A stretch of DNA of 64,000 nucleotides. Source: Bacillota bacterium (GTDB lineage Bacteria; Bacillota; JAAYKD01). Positions 50,563 to 59,605 of this stretch are shown piece by piece. The first letter of the stretch is position 1. Each line of letters opens with the position of its first letter. The DNA lies in contig OY762825.2 in the NCBI GenBank assembly GCA_963666425.2, forward strand, positions 1,792,001 to 1,856,000, in the 5' to 3' direction. Below the pieces are notes generated by a model. The model had not been told where the DNA came from. It did no database searches and saw only the letters and a program-made list of their open reading frames with translations. The translations under genes and the position numbers were made by a program.

Positions 50563-51014
50563 GAAACCAAGGAGTAAAGCCAGCCAAACAAGATTTCACG
50601 ATTATTGTTGGCTGTGGCTGTATGGGAGCTTGTTTTGCCAACGTTTTAGCAGAAAAGCAAAGAAGAGTTTTGGTTTTGGATCGGGAAGCAAAATCCTTGC
50701 TGAAATTATCCCCGACCTATAACGGAGCCACGATGGTTGGCGATGGCACCGATCTCGATCAATTACGTGAGATTGGGATGGAAGATGCCACATTTGTTTT
50801 GGTTTCCACCAATAGCGACACAGCGAATTTAATGATTGCTCAGATGGCAAAGGAAATTTTCCAAATAGAGCAAGTGATTGCGAAACTGAACGAATTGGAG
50901 TATGCCGAGGTTTATCGGGAATTCGGGATCAAAACCGTTGCTCCCAGCGCGTTGACAGCTGCGGCACTGATTCACTTGTTGGATTATCCTGAAAAGGAGC
51001 GGGTAATTGAATGA
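50559..51014 (+). CDS. TrkA-N-only RCK protein
   Basis: IIVGCGCMG, GDGTD, TNSDTAN; 151 aa with no RCK_C. Confidence 0.82.
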   Translation: MRNQGVKPAKQDFTIIVGCGCMGACFANVLAEKQRRVLVLDREAKSLLKLSPTYNGATMVGDGTDLDQLREIGMEDATFVLVSTNSDTANLMIAQMAKEIFQIEQVIAKLNELEYAEVYREFGIKTVAPSALTAAALIHLLDYPEKERVIE

Positions 51015-51703
51015 AAAGAGCGCTTTTAATTGGCGGACTGCGCAAGGCGCAGCTTCTTGCTCATTTTCTGATCGGAAAAGGGTATTCTGTCACAGCAGTC
51101 AATCTCAGTTATCAGGATTGCTTAAAACTCACCGAAATGGATCATCTGCTCGTTGTGAATGGTGATGGCACAAAACCCTGCGTTCTGCAGCAGGCAAGTG
51201 TTGCTGATGTGGATTTGGCGATTGCGCTCACACCGAAGGATGAGGATAATCTTGTTATTTGTGAATTGTGTAAAAGAGTTTTTCGTGCCAAGAAAACAGT
51301 GACGATCGTCAATGACCCCAGCCAAATCACTTTTTTTACGAAAATCGGTATTGATTCCGTGATCTGTTCCGATGGCGCGGTGACGGACCGGATCATCAAG
51401 CAAATAGCAATCAACGATCTCGCGACATTGATACCGGTGATTGACGGCCGAATCAATGTCGTGAAGGTAGATGTTCTGCCTGATTCACCGATTACTGGCA
51501 AGAAATTATGGGAAATCGGTTTGCCACAAGAAGTGATGATCAGCTGCATTCTGCGTGCGGACGAAAATTTCATCCCCCGAGGAGATACAAGGATTTTGGC
51601 GGGCGATATCCTGCTCCTGATTGCATCCAATTATCAGGAAGTAGAGATCATTAAAATTCTGACCGGTGCGGCATTACCGTCGGCAAGAGGAGAATCCATA
51701 TGA
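51011..51703 (+). CDS. TrkA-family RCK_N+RCK_C protein, degenerate nucleotide motif
   Basis: LLIGGLRKA, GDGT, TPKDEDN, IPRGDTRILAGD. Confidence 0.85.
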   Translation: MKRALLIGGLRKAQLLAHFLIGKGYSVTAVNLSYQDCLKLTEMDHLLVVNGDGTKPCVLQQASVADVDLAIALTPKDEDNLVICELCKRVFRAKKTVTIVNDPSQITFFTKIGIDSVICSDGAVTDRIIKQIAINDLATLIPVIDGRINVVKVDVLPDSPITGKKLWEIGLPQEVMISCILRADENFIPRGDTRILAGDILLLIASNYQEVEIIKILTGAALPSARGESI

Positions 51704-52335
51704 ATATTATCATTGTTGGCTGTGATTTACTGGGCAGTATTTTAGCGAATAATCTGTCCGATGTTGGCCATAATGTTTCTGTGATTGATCGGGACAGTGA
51801 ACGGCTGAATGTACTAGGCAGCGGTTTTAATGGCGTAAAAATAAAGGGAATCGAATATGATAATGAAATTTTAGTAGAAGCAGGAATTCGCGAGGCAGAC
51901 ATTCTCTTGGCTGTCACAACGGATGAAAACATCAATATTACGGTATCACTGATCGCGAAAGAGATGTACAAGGTTCCCAGAATCATTGCTCGTATTATGA
52001 ATCCAAACAGAAAGTATATTTACGAAAACTTGCAGATAGAAACCATCAATCCGATCCAATTAGAAGTGGATGTCCTAGAGACAAAGCTGGCATTGAAGAG
52101 AGAAGCTTCTCTGTTTGATTTGAATGTAGAATATGAAATCATTGGCGTTACCGTGAAGCATGCAAAAAAAATCTCGGTGCAGGAGATTGAAGAACAATTT
52201 AATTGTATCATTTCTGCAATCGATAAGGGGAATACGATTTTATTGCCGCTCAAAAGTGAAGTCATCGAACATGGAGAGCGAATTATTTGCACCATCAGAA
52301 AGAAAGACAAAGAACGTCTGGTATCATTACTATAA
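51700..52335 (+). CDS. TrkA-family RCK protein
   Basis: IIVGCDLLG, VIDRD, AVTTDENIN, IIARIMNP. Confidence 0.85.
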   Translation: MNIIIVGCDLLGSILANNLSDVGHNVSVIDRDSERLNVLGSGFNGVKIKGIEYDNEILVEAGIREADILLAVTTDENINITVSLIAKEMYKVPRIIARIMNPNRKYIYENLQIETINPIQLEVDVLETKLALKREASLFDLNVEYEIIGVTVKHAKKISVQEIEEQFNCIISAIDKGNTILLPLKSEVIEHGERIICTIRKKDKERLVSLL

Positions 52336-52348
52336 AGGAGCGTCATTT

Positions 52349-52993
52349 ATGAAAGCGATCGTGATTGGCGGCGGCAAAGTAGGCTATTATTTGGTTAAAA
52401 CTTTGAGAGAAAGAAAATACGACGTTACATTGGTAGAAAAGGAACAAGACCTTTGTCGTACCGTTGCCGAGGATGTTGATATCTCCGTAATTTGTGGGGA
52501 TGGCACGGATATTGATGTTTTAAAAGATGCCGGAATTGAAGAAGCAGAAGTCATTGCAGCTGTCACTGGTACGGATGAAGTGAATCTAGTCATCTGTAAA
52601 ATAGCAAAAAGCAGTTTCAAAATCGTAGAAGTTATTACGAGAGTCAATAACCCCAAAAATATCCCAATGTTTAAAGCATTGGGCGCAGATAAAACCGTCT
52701 GCAGCACTGAAGTGATCGCCAATCTGATTGAATACGAATTTGATAAGGGGAATTTTAAAGTCGTACACGTTTTGGAACGCGGCACCATGATTTTGGCTGA
52801 GATTAAAATCGAGAAAACAAACGATTGGTGTGATCAATTGGTGAAAGACTTAGTGCTGCCCGAGGAATGTATCCTGATTTCTATCTTGCGGAAGGAAAAG
52901 GTGATTTATCCCAGAGGAAATACACGAATTTTAGAATCGGATAATATACTGGTCATTGTAAATAAAGCAAGCTTAGCGGAACTCAGAAAATGA
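52349..52993 (+). CDS. trkA: TrkA-family RCK_N+RCK_C protein
   Basis: AAGGAG RBS before MKAIVIGGGKVG; GDGTD, AVTGTDEVN, YPRGNTRI. Confidence 0.88.
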   Translation: MKAIVIGGGKVGYYLVKTLRERKYDVTLVEKEQDLCRTVAEDVDISVICGDGTDIDVLKDAGIEEAEVIAAVTGTDEVNLVICKIAKSSFKIVEVITRVNNPKNIPMFKALGADKTVCSTEVIANLIEYEFDKGNFKVVHVLERGTMILAEIKIEKTNDWCDQLVKDLVLPEECILISILRKEKVIYPRGNTRILESDNILVIVNKASLAELRK

Positions 52994-53020
52994 AATTGAC
53001 TTGGAACAGGAGCCCATAAA

Positions 53021-53125
53021 ATGCATGAGATGAAGAAGGATTTTATTGGAGTGGTAGTTGAGCTGTTATCTGTGAGCGGGTTCATCCTATTTTTATTTCT
53101 TTCCATAGCGATCGTAATGAGGTAA
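53021..53125 (+). CDS. 34-aa single-TM peptide, absent from ORF track
   Basis: AGGAG 8 nt upstream; MHEMKKDFIGVVVELLSVSGFILFLFLSIAIVMR*; fills the trkA-trkH gap and its 3' end carries the trkH RBS (GAGGT). Confidence 0.65.
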   Translation: MHEMKKDFIGVVVELLSVSGFILFLFLSIAIVMR

Positions 53126-53129
53126 GTAT

Positions 53130-54668
53130 ATGGTTAATTCAAACGTAAAGTATACGGATTTTAAGATAATCTGCTATTATACTGGGTATGTCATAATCGG
53201 TTTTGCATTATTGATGTTGCTTCCGTTCCTTGTAGCGTTGCTTTTTCGCGAACAGAATCCCGCACTCGATTTTCTGATCAGCATTGCCATCACAATCAGT
53301 ATCGGATTATCACTTGTCATAATTGGCAGGGAAACCCGTGAAAAAAAGTCCTATGTACAATGGAAGCTCGGTTTTGTCGTGGCTTCCCTGTCCTGGTTGC
53401 TCGCTATGGTGTTGGGAGCGATTCCTTACTTATTGAGTGGTCATATCGGTTCCTTACTGGATGCTTGTTTTGATGTCATGAGCGGACTTACCACTACCGG
53501 TTTAGTGTTGACGCAGGATTTGGATCATCTTTCTTATGGGTTGAATCTATGGCGGCATTTGTTGACTTTTGTTGGCGGACAGGGAATTGTGGTCTTGGCG
53601 CTCTCTTTTTTGGTCAAAGAAACCAGCGGTGCCTATAAATTTTATGTAGGGGAAGCGAAAGATATTGAATTGGTTCCCAATGTCAAAGGCACTGCGAGAA
53701 TCATCTGGAAAATTAGCTTGGTTTATCTCGTCATCGGAACATTTGCCCTTTGGATTAATGGGATGATGATTGGCTTGCAGCCAGTCTCTGCTTTTTTTCA
53801 CGGGCTATTTATGTTTGTTTCTTCCTGGAGCACCGGTGGATTTGCGCCAAATTCACAGAATATCATGTACTACCACAGCTTGTCTTACGAAATGATCACG
53901 GTTATTTTTCTTATTCTGGGCTCCTTTAATTTTGGTCTGCATTATGCCATCTGGCAAGGCAAGAAAAAGGAATTGATTAGAAATATTGAAACGCAGGTTT
54001 TTTTTATTACTGCGTTTATAGCTTCGCTTGGTGCAGTAATCGGTTTAGCGAAATTGAATGTCTATTCTGATGCGGTGTCGATGTTCAGACGAGTGGTTTA
54101 CAACGTTTTGTCTGCTCAGACCACAACCGGTTTTGGCAATGTATACGCCAGACAGTTTGCCTTGGAATGGGGAGATTTTGGTATCTTGATCATGGTCATC
54201 GTCATGTTGATCGGTGGCTCGGCCTGTTCTACTGCCGGTGGTTTTAAAGGGCTGCGGGTTGGCGTGGTAATCAAGGGCTTTTTTGCGGATATTCGTAAAA
54301 TACTGTCACCGGAAAGAAATATGCGCGTTTATAAATTCCATCATATCAAAGACTATGTTTTGGAGGATGGAATTGTCAAAACTTCTGCCCTAATTATACT
54401 CTGTTATATTGTCTTATTTTCGGCTGGAACAGCCTTGGGAGCTTACTATGGTTATCCTCTCGCTGAATCAGCATTTGAAGCTGCTTCCGTAACCGGTAAT
54501 GTAGGTTTATCCATAGGGATAACTTCCCCAAGTATGCCTGTTCTGATGAAAATCTATTATATTACTGCAATGTATTTGGGAAGGCTGGAGTTTTTATCTG
54601 TATTTGGTATGATTGGATATTTCCTCGGAGGTATAAAAAAACTATGCGCAAAAGCAAGAAAAATATAG
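53130..54668 (+). CDS. trkH: TrkH-type K+ uptake membrane protein
   Basis: SGLTTTG, WSTGGF, QTTTGF, TGNVGLS pore loops; GGSACSTAGGFK; MYLGRLE. Confidence 0.9.
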   Translation: MVNSNVKYTDFKIICYYTGYVIIGFALLMLLPFLVALLFREQNPALDFLISIAITISIGLSLVIIGRETREKKSYVQWKLGFVVASLSWLLAMVLGAIPYLLSGHIGSLLDACFDVMSGLTTTGLVLTQDLDHLSYGLNLWRHLLTFVGGQGIVVLALSFLVKETSGAYKFYVGEAKDIELVPNVKGTARIIWKISLVYLVIGTFALWINGMMIGLQPVSAFFHGLFMFVSSWSTGGFAPNSQNIMYYHSLSYEMITVIFLILGSFNFGLHYAIWQGKKKELIRNIETQVFFITAFIASLGAVIGLAKLNVYSDAVSMFRRVVYNVLSAQTTTGFGNVYARQFALEWGDFGILIMVIVMLIGGSACSTAGGFKGLRVGVVIKGFFADIRKILSPERNMRVYKFHHIKDYVLEDGIVKTSALIILCYIVLFSAGTALGAYYGYPLAESAFEAASVTGNVGLSIGITSPSMPVLMKIYYITAMYLGRLEFLSVFGMIGYFLGGIKKLCAKARKI

Positions 54669-55159
54669 TTTTCTTGAGCATTTTCTTTCTTTTCCTAGTG
54701 ATGTCTGCATCCAGAAGCTATGCCGCTGAAACAGTAACCATCAATCAATTGATTGAAAATACAGCAAAATATGATAACCTGGTCGTAACGGTAGAAGGTG
54801 AAATCATCGGCGAAGCACTGGAAAGAGGAGATTTTGCCTGGATCAATCTCAATGATACGACAAACGCAATCGGTATTTGGATGAAGTTAAGCGATGCGCA
54901 ACAATTGCAATATTACGGGGATTATAGTCATAGGGGTGACATAATAAAAATCACAGGAAAATTCTCAAGAGCATGTGCAGAACACGGTGGTGATTTTGAT
55001 ATTCATAGCAATCGGATTGAGGTTGTTAAAGAAGGATGGATCGTCAAGGAAATTGTTTCATCTTATAAAATCATGGTCACTGTGGTATTACTGATCATAG
55101 CCAGCATTCTGCTGGCATTGTATATCAAATTAGTGGGAAAAAAGGAATTGGAAAACTAA
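54644..55159 (+). CDS. Exported OB-fold-like protein with C-terminal TM anchor
   Basis: Signal peptide (SYA-AE); VTVEGEIIG...WINLNDTTNAIGIW...GDIIKITGKF; CAEHGGDFDIH; C-terminal hydrophobic helix; overlaps trkH end. Confidence 0.7.
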   Translation: MRKSKKNIVFLSIFFLFLVMSASRSYAAETVTINQLIENTAKYDNLVVTVEGEIIGEALERGDFAWINLNDTTNAIGIWMKLSDAQQLQYYGDYSHRGDIIKITGKFSRACAEHGGDFDIHSNRIEVVKEGWIVKEIVSSYKIMVTVVLLIIASILLALYIKLVGKKELEN

Positions 55160-55193
55160 GCTCACAATGGGTTGCTTTAATGAAAGTATAGTA

Positions 55194-55225
55194 AAGCCGG
55201 TACTGCTTTTCTGCGGTACCGGCTT
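55194..55225. terminator. Bidirectional terminator
   Basis: AAGCCGGTACTGC-ttttct-GCGGTACCGGCTT. Confidence 0.75.
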
Positions 55226-55236
55226 GATGTTATACT

Positions 55237-56520
55237 TTAATACATCTTTTTTTTCTGCGGTGGATCAACTTTGACCAAAACCTGAATAATGCGGTGTTCC
55301 TGCATCTTATCCACCGTGACGGTTAAATTTTTGTAAGTAAACGTATCGCCCGGATTGGGAAAACCGTTGAGCATTTCAATCGCCCAACCACCGACTGTGG
55401 TATAATCGCTCTCAAAATCACGGTCATCCAGGTCGAAATACTCCAGAAAATCATAGATGCTGATGTCGGCATCCACTTCGTGAATATTCTCTCCGACATC
55501 CGTGAATTCTTCCACGATTTCGTCCGATTCGTCCCAGATTTCACCCACCAGTTGTTCCAAAACATCTTCCATGGTAACCACACCCAGCGTGCCGCCGTAT
55601 TCATCGGTTACAATCGCCATATGCATCTTGCGTCGTTTCAATTCGGCTAAAACAGCAGGCAGTTTCATGGATTTATGAATAAAACAGACATCCATCAGCA
55701 GATCACGTAAGGAAAACTCTTTGGTGTCGACCACCTGCTTAAAAAAGTGATTCAGATAAAGAATGCCGATGATATTATCGATGCTGTCTTCATAAACCGG
55801 GATGCGCGAATAACTGGAGTGATTGGCCAATTCAATGATGGAATCCAAATCATCATCGATATCTATCGCCAGCATATCAACACGGGGTGTGATAATCTCC
55901 TGCGCAGAAATTTCGGAGAATTCGATAGCGGACTGCAGTAAATCACTGCGTTCCTCATCGATGATCCCTTCGTCCTCAACGGTTTCAATAATGGAAACAA
56001 GGTCTTCTTCCGTGACAGAAGGTTCTTTTTTCTGAGTCGCCCAGGTTCGATTCATGACATCCAGCAATTTCATGATTACAAAGACAATCGGCGCGGTAAT
56101 CAGCATCAAAAAACGCAGAAAAGGTGCTGCTGCAAGGGTAAAGACATCGCAATGGTCTTTGGCTAAAATTTTCGGGACGATCTCACCAAAAATCAGGATG
56201 ATCACCGTCATCGCAACTGTTGCGATGGCTGCGCCGGATTCTCCCATCAGCTTGATAGCGATCACGGTTGCAATCGCAGAGGAGGCCATGTTCACCAGAT
56301 TGTTGCCAATCAGAATAGTGGTCAGCGCTTTATCGTAGCGCTCGTAAATATAGTAAGCTAATTTTGCTTTCTTACTGCCGCTTTCCGCGGCTTTTTTCAT
56401 GCGCATTTTATTGGCAGAAGCGAAGGCTATTTCCGATCCGGAAAAGAAAGCCGAAAAGCAAATCAGCACGGTAATCAATATATAAGGGCCATACGGACTG
56501 TCGTCCATGGGGAAATTCAC
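55237..56520 (-). CDS. CNNM/HlyC/CorC-family (DUF21-CBS-CorC) Mg2+/Co2+ transporter; start may be 56508
   Basis: AFFSGSEIAF, ILIGNNLVN, FGEIVPK, YSRIPVY, DEYGGTLGVVTMEDVLEQLVGEIWDE. Confidence 0.9.
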   Translation of the reverse strand: MNFPMDDSPYGPYILITVLICFSAFFSGSEIAFASANKMRMKKAAESGSKKAKLAYYIYERYDKALTTILIGNNLVNMASSAIATVIAIKLMGESGAAIATVAMTVIILIFGEIVPKILAKDHCDVFTLAAAPFLRFLMLITAPIVFVIMKLLDVMNRTWATQKKEPSVTEEDLVSIIETVEDEGIIDEERSDLLQSAIEFSEISAQEIITPRVDMLAIDIDDDLDSIIELANHSSYSRIPVYEDSIDNIIGILYLNHFFKQVVDTKEFSLRDLLMDVCFIHKSMKLPAVLAELKRRKMHMAIVTDEYGGTLGVVTMEDVLEQLVGEIWDESDEIVEEFTDVGENIHEVDADISIYDFLEYFDLDDRDFESDYTTVGGWAIEMLNGFPNPGDTFTYKNLTVTVDKMQEHRIIQVLVKVDPPQKKKMY

Positions 56521-56593
56521 TCCTCTTATTATTTAGATGATCGGAAACGAGATTTTTTGGCTTGGGTTGATGCGTTTTGCTTCGTGCAACCGG

Positions 56594-57859
56594 TTAGTCG
56601 TTGATCTTCAGCAATAATTTAATGATGCGCTTGTGATCAATCTTTGTGACTGTGATGGTTACACCATGATATTCAAAGCTGTCGCCTTCCTTAGGTACGT
56701 AATTTAAGTTTTCCAGTACCCAGGAACCGAGTGTTTTATGCCAAAGCTCTTCTTTATCATAATTGTTAAAATGCATCAGTTCAAAGGCATCGTCCACATC
56801 GAAATTGGCGCTTGCTTCAAAACGATTACCGCCCAGTGGCTTAAAATCTTCTAAAACCTCGTCGTCTTCATCCCAAATTTCACCGACCAATTCTTCTAAA
56901 ATATCTTCAACGGTCATAATCCCCAAAGTACCGCCATAGTCATCACTGACGATGGCCATGTGCAGTTTTCGACGGCTCATCTCCTGCAGAAGATCATCTA
57001 TTTTAGTTGTCTTGGGAACGAAATAGGGAGCATCTAAAATGGAGCGCAGGTTGATGGTATCGCCCTGCTTCATATACAGCTTTAAAAATTTCCTGATTTG
57101 TAAAATGCCGATGATATGATCGATATGATCTTCATAGACAGGCAAACGCGAAAATTTCACTTCTTTGATGATTTTTAAAATTTCGGCACAGCTTGTGTCG
57201 ACATCCAGCGCAACCACATCCACACGGGAAGTCAAAGCATCCTGTGCCGTAACATCGGCAAACTCCAGGGCAGAGTGAATCAGATCACTCTTATTTTGTT
57301 CCAAGCTGCCTTCTTCTTTGATGGTTTCGATAATATCGTAGAGTTCGTCTTCTGTGACCGTTGGTTCTTCGTCACGATGAAAAAGTTTGGAAACAGCAGT
57401 GCTGATGGCGGTGAAAATAAAGGCAAGCGGGGTTAAGACCTTGACCAGAAAATAGAGAGAATCCGATACATTGAGAGCAAAAGACTCACTCTGCGCTTTG
57501 GCAAAGGTTTTTGGCAGCATTTCACTGATGAAAAAAACAACGACTGTGACAATCAGCGTGCTGGCAGTGACCGATCCTTCTCCCCAGGTTTTGGTGGCAA
57601 TCAAAGTTGCCAAGCTTGCGCAGCCGATATGCATCAGGTTGTTGCCAATCAGCAGGGTCGTGAGGGATTTGTCAAAGTTGTTCAGAATATACATTGCCTT
57701 TTTGGCACGCGGATCTCCATTTTCCGCATTGTTTTTCATGCGGATTTTATTCAGAGAGGCAAAAGACATTTCCGAACCGGCAAAATAGCCGCCACCCAGA
57801 ATTAAAAGAAACAGCAGTAAGTAGTAATACCAACTGTCACTACCCATACGGGCAACCAC
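56594..57859 (-). CDS. CNNM/HlyC/CorC-family transporter, paralog; start may be 57847
   Basis: YFAGSEMSF, LLIGNNLMH, ISEMLPK, FSRLPVY, DDYGGTLGIMTVEDILEELVGEIWDE. Confidence 0.9.
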   Translation of the reverse strand: MVARMGSDSWYYYLLLFLLILGGGYFAGSEMSFASLNKIRMKNNAENGDPRAKKAMYILNNFDKSLTTLLIGNNLMHIGCASLATLIATKTWGEGSVTASTLIVTVVVFFISEMLPKTFAKAQSESFALNVSDSLYFLVKVLTPLAFIFTAISTAVSKLFHRDEEPTVTEDELYDIIETIKEEGSLEQNKSDLIHSALEFADVTAQDALTSRVDVVALDVDTSCAEILKIIKEVKFSRLPVYEDHIDHIIGILQIRKFLKLYMKQGDTINLRSILDAPYFVPKTTKIDDLLQEMSRRKLHMAIVSDDYGGTLGIMTVEDILEELVGEIWDEDDEVLEDFKPLGGNRFEASANFDVDDAFELMHFNNYDKEELWHKTLGSWVLENLNYVPKEGDSFEYHGVTITVTKIDHKRIIKLLLKIND

Positions 57860-57980
57860 ACTCCTTTATGTATCAGATCCATCTATGTGTAAATAAAGTG
57901 CGCTCGTGAAAGCGGATCAGCAGGTTGATTTTTTAACCCGTTGTTCACTTTTTCAGAGGCACTTAGAATCGTACTTCTAT

Positions 57981-58009
57981 AGTATAACGCAAAGAGCGGG
58001 GGATAGCAA
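57981..58009 (-). promoter_or_regulatory. Sigma-A promoter for CNNM pair
   Basis: Minus strand TTGCTA-17 bp-TATACT. Confidence 0.65.
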
Positions 58010-58335
58010 GACGGAAAAATGACGGTATCTGGCCATTTGCTAGTGAAATTGGCTGTTTACTCACTTTTTGAGATCATCCCTGCTTGAGACGGAATTTTAT
58101 GACCACAGTCGAAACAATCAGGGTTTGAAGTGCAGAATTTCGGAGATCGGCAGCAGCGGCAAGCTGGGTAACAAAAACAATAGAATTGCTTTTTAGGTAA
58201 ATTCATCGATCGTGAAAAGAAAGGCTTCTGTGCGGATGGGATTTATGGTATAATTATTACATTGCGGTTGCGAAGGAATATTACAAAGCAATTCGCTAGA
58301 AGTACGGAAATAAAAACAGAAAGGATTTGATCACG

Positions 58336-59514
58336 ATGCGTTATACAGGCGTCACAGCGCGGGGGATCATCACACCAATCTTCCAGTCCGGAGACCCTCT
58401 GATCGGGATGATTTGTAACAGTGTTGACAGGGCTGCCAAAGAAGAAAATTTCAGCTTGCACGACGGGGATATCCTCGGCGTTACGGAAGCGGTTGTCGCA
58501 AGAACACAAGGGAATTACGCTTCCTGTGAGCAGATTGCGGCGGACATTCGGCAGAAACTGGGCGGTCAGGAAATGGGGATCGTGTTTCCCATTCTTTCGC
58601 GCAATCGTTTTGCTATTCTTTTGAAATCAATCGCCATGTCCTGTGAAAAACTAACGGTTCAGCTTTCTTACCCCAACGATGAAGTTGGCAATCGTCTGAT
58701 AACTTTGGATGAACTGGATGAAAAAGGAATCAATCCTTTTACCGGTAGTTTTACGGAAACAGAATTTCGTAATTTGTTTCAAAATACAGTGCACCCTTTC
58801 ACCGGTATCGATTATATCGAATACTATAAGAGTATCAGTGAAAAGATTGAAATTGTGTTTTCCAATGATCCAAGATATATTCTCAATTTCACCAAGAATG
58901 TGCTGAACTGCGATATTCACAGTCGTTTTCGGACGCAGAGACTGCTGAAAGCAGCCGGTGCGGAACGTTCTTTCCGTCTGGATGAAATTTTAACAGCAAG
59001 CGTCAACGGCAGCGGTTATAATCCCAGCTATGGCTTATTGGGCTCCAATAAGGCAACGGAAGATAAAGTGAAACTTTTCCCCAAGGATACCGACCTTTTT
59101 GTCAGCGATTTACAGAGCGCCTTGGCCAGCACATTCGGTAAACAAATCGAAGTGATGGTCTACGGCGACGGCGGTTTCAAAGATCCGGTCGGGGGCATCT
59201 GGGAATTGGCTGACCCGGTCATTTCTCCTTCCTTTACCAGCCGCCTGGATGGTACGCCAAACGAACTGAAGATGAAATATTTCGCCGATAATGAATTCAG
59301 TCATCTTTCCGGAAATGCACTGGCGGCAGCGATGAAGCAACGGATCAAACAAAAAGACGTCAGCCTGAAAGGTCAGATGACTTCTCAGGGAACTACCCCT
59401 CGGCATCTAACCGATTTGCTGGGCAGCTTATGCGATCTGATCAGCGGCAGCGGCGACAGAGGGACTCCGGTTGTGCTGATCCAGGGGTATTTTACAAATT
59501 TCGCTTCAGAATAG
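58336..59514 (+). CDS. Coenzyme F420-0:L-glutamate ligase (CofE)-like family protein
   Basis: GDILGVTEAVVARTQGN, VMVYGDGGFKDP, DLLGSLCDLISGSGDRGTPVVLIQG. Confidence 0.75.
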   Translation: MRYTGVTARGIITPIFQSGDPLIGMICNSVDRAAKEENFSLHDGDILGVTEAVVARTQGNYASCEQIAADIRQKLGGQEMGIVFPILSRNRFAILLKSIAMSCEKLTVQLSYPNDEVGNRLITLDELDEKGINPFTGSFTETEFRNLFQNTVHPFTGIDYIEYYKSISEKIEIVFSNDPRYILNFTKNVLNCDIHSRFRTQRLLKAAGAERSFRLDEILTASVNGSGYNPSYGLLGSNKATEDKVKLFPKDTDLFVSDLQSALASTFGKQIEVMVYGDGGFKDPVGGIWELADPVISPSFTSRLDGTPNELKMKYFADNEFSHLSGNALAAAMKQRIKQKDVSLKGQMTSQGTTPRHLTDLLGSLCDLISGSGDRGTPVVLIQGYFTNFASE

Positions 59515-59559
59515 CGGCAAATTTCGCTTGCTGATCCAGGTAAAGGAAGATCAAAATGT

Positions 59560-59605
59560 AACAATCAATGCTTTGAGTTTAGCTCATGGCATTGATTGTT
59601 TTTTT
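59560..59605 (+). terminator. Rho-independent terminator
   Basis: AACAATCAATGC...GCATTGATTGTT plus T run. Confidence 0.8.

Noticed and set aside
31796-52348. Longest-ORF starts in the track (31796, 34981, 36208, 38331, 44772, 47385, 49163, 52160)
   Set aside because: Extensions lack an RBS or overlap promoters and upstream genes; downstream starts with clear SD sequences were used.
57994-58050. c-di-AMP (ydaO) riboswitch-like GAGCGGGGGA-stem-GTGAA
   Set aside because: Lacks the 5' CGCTGAATC and the 3' CCCGAA..CGTCAGCTAACC core; the segment is explained by the minus-strand promoter.
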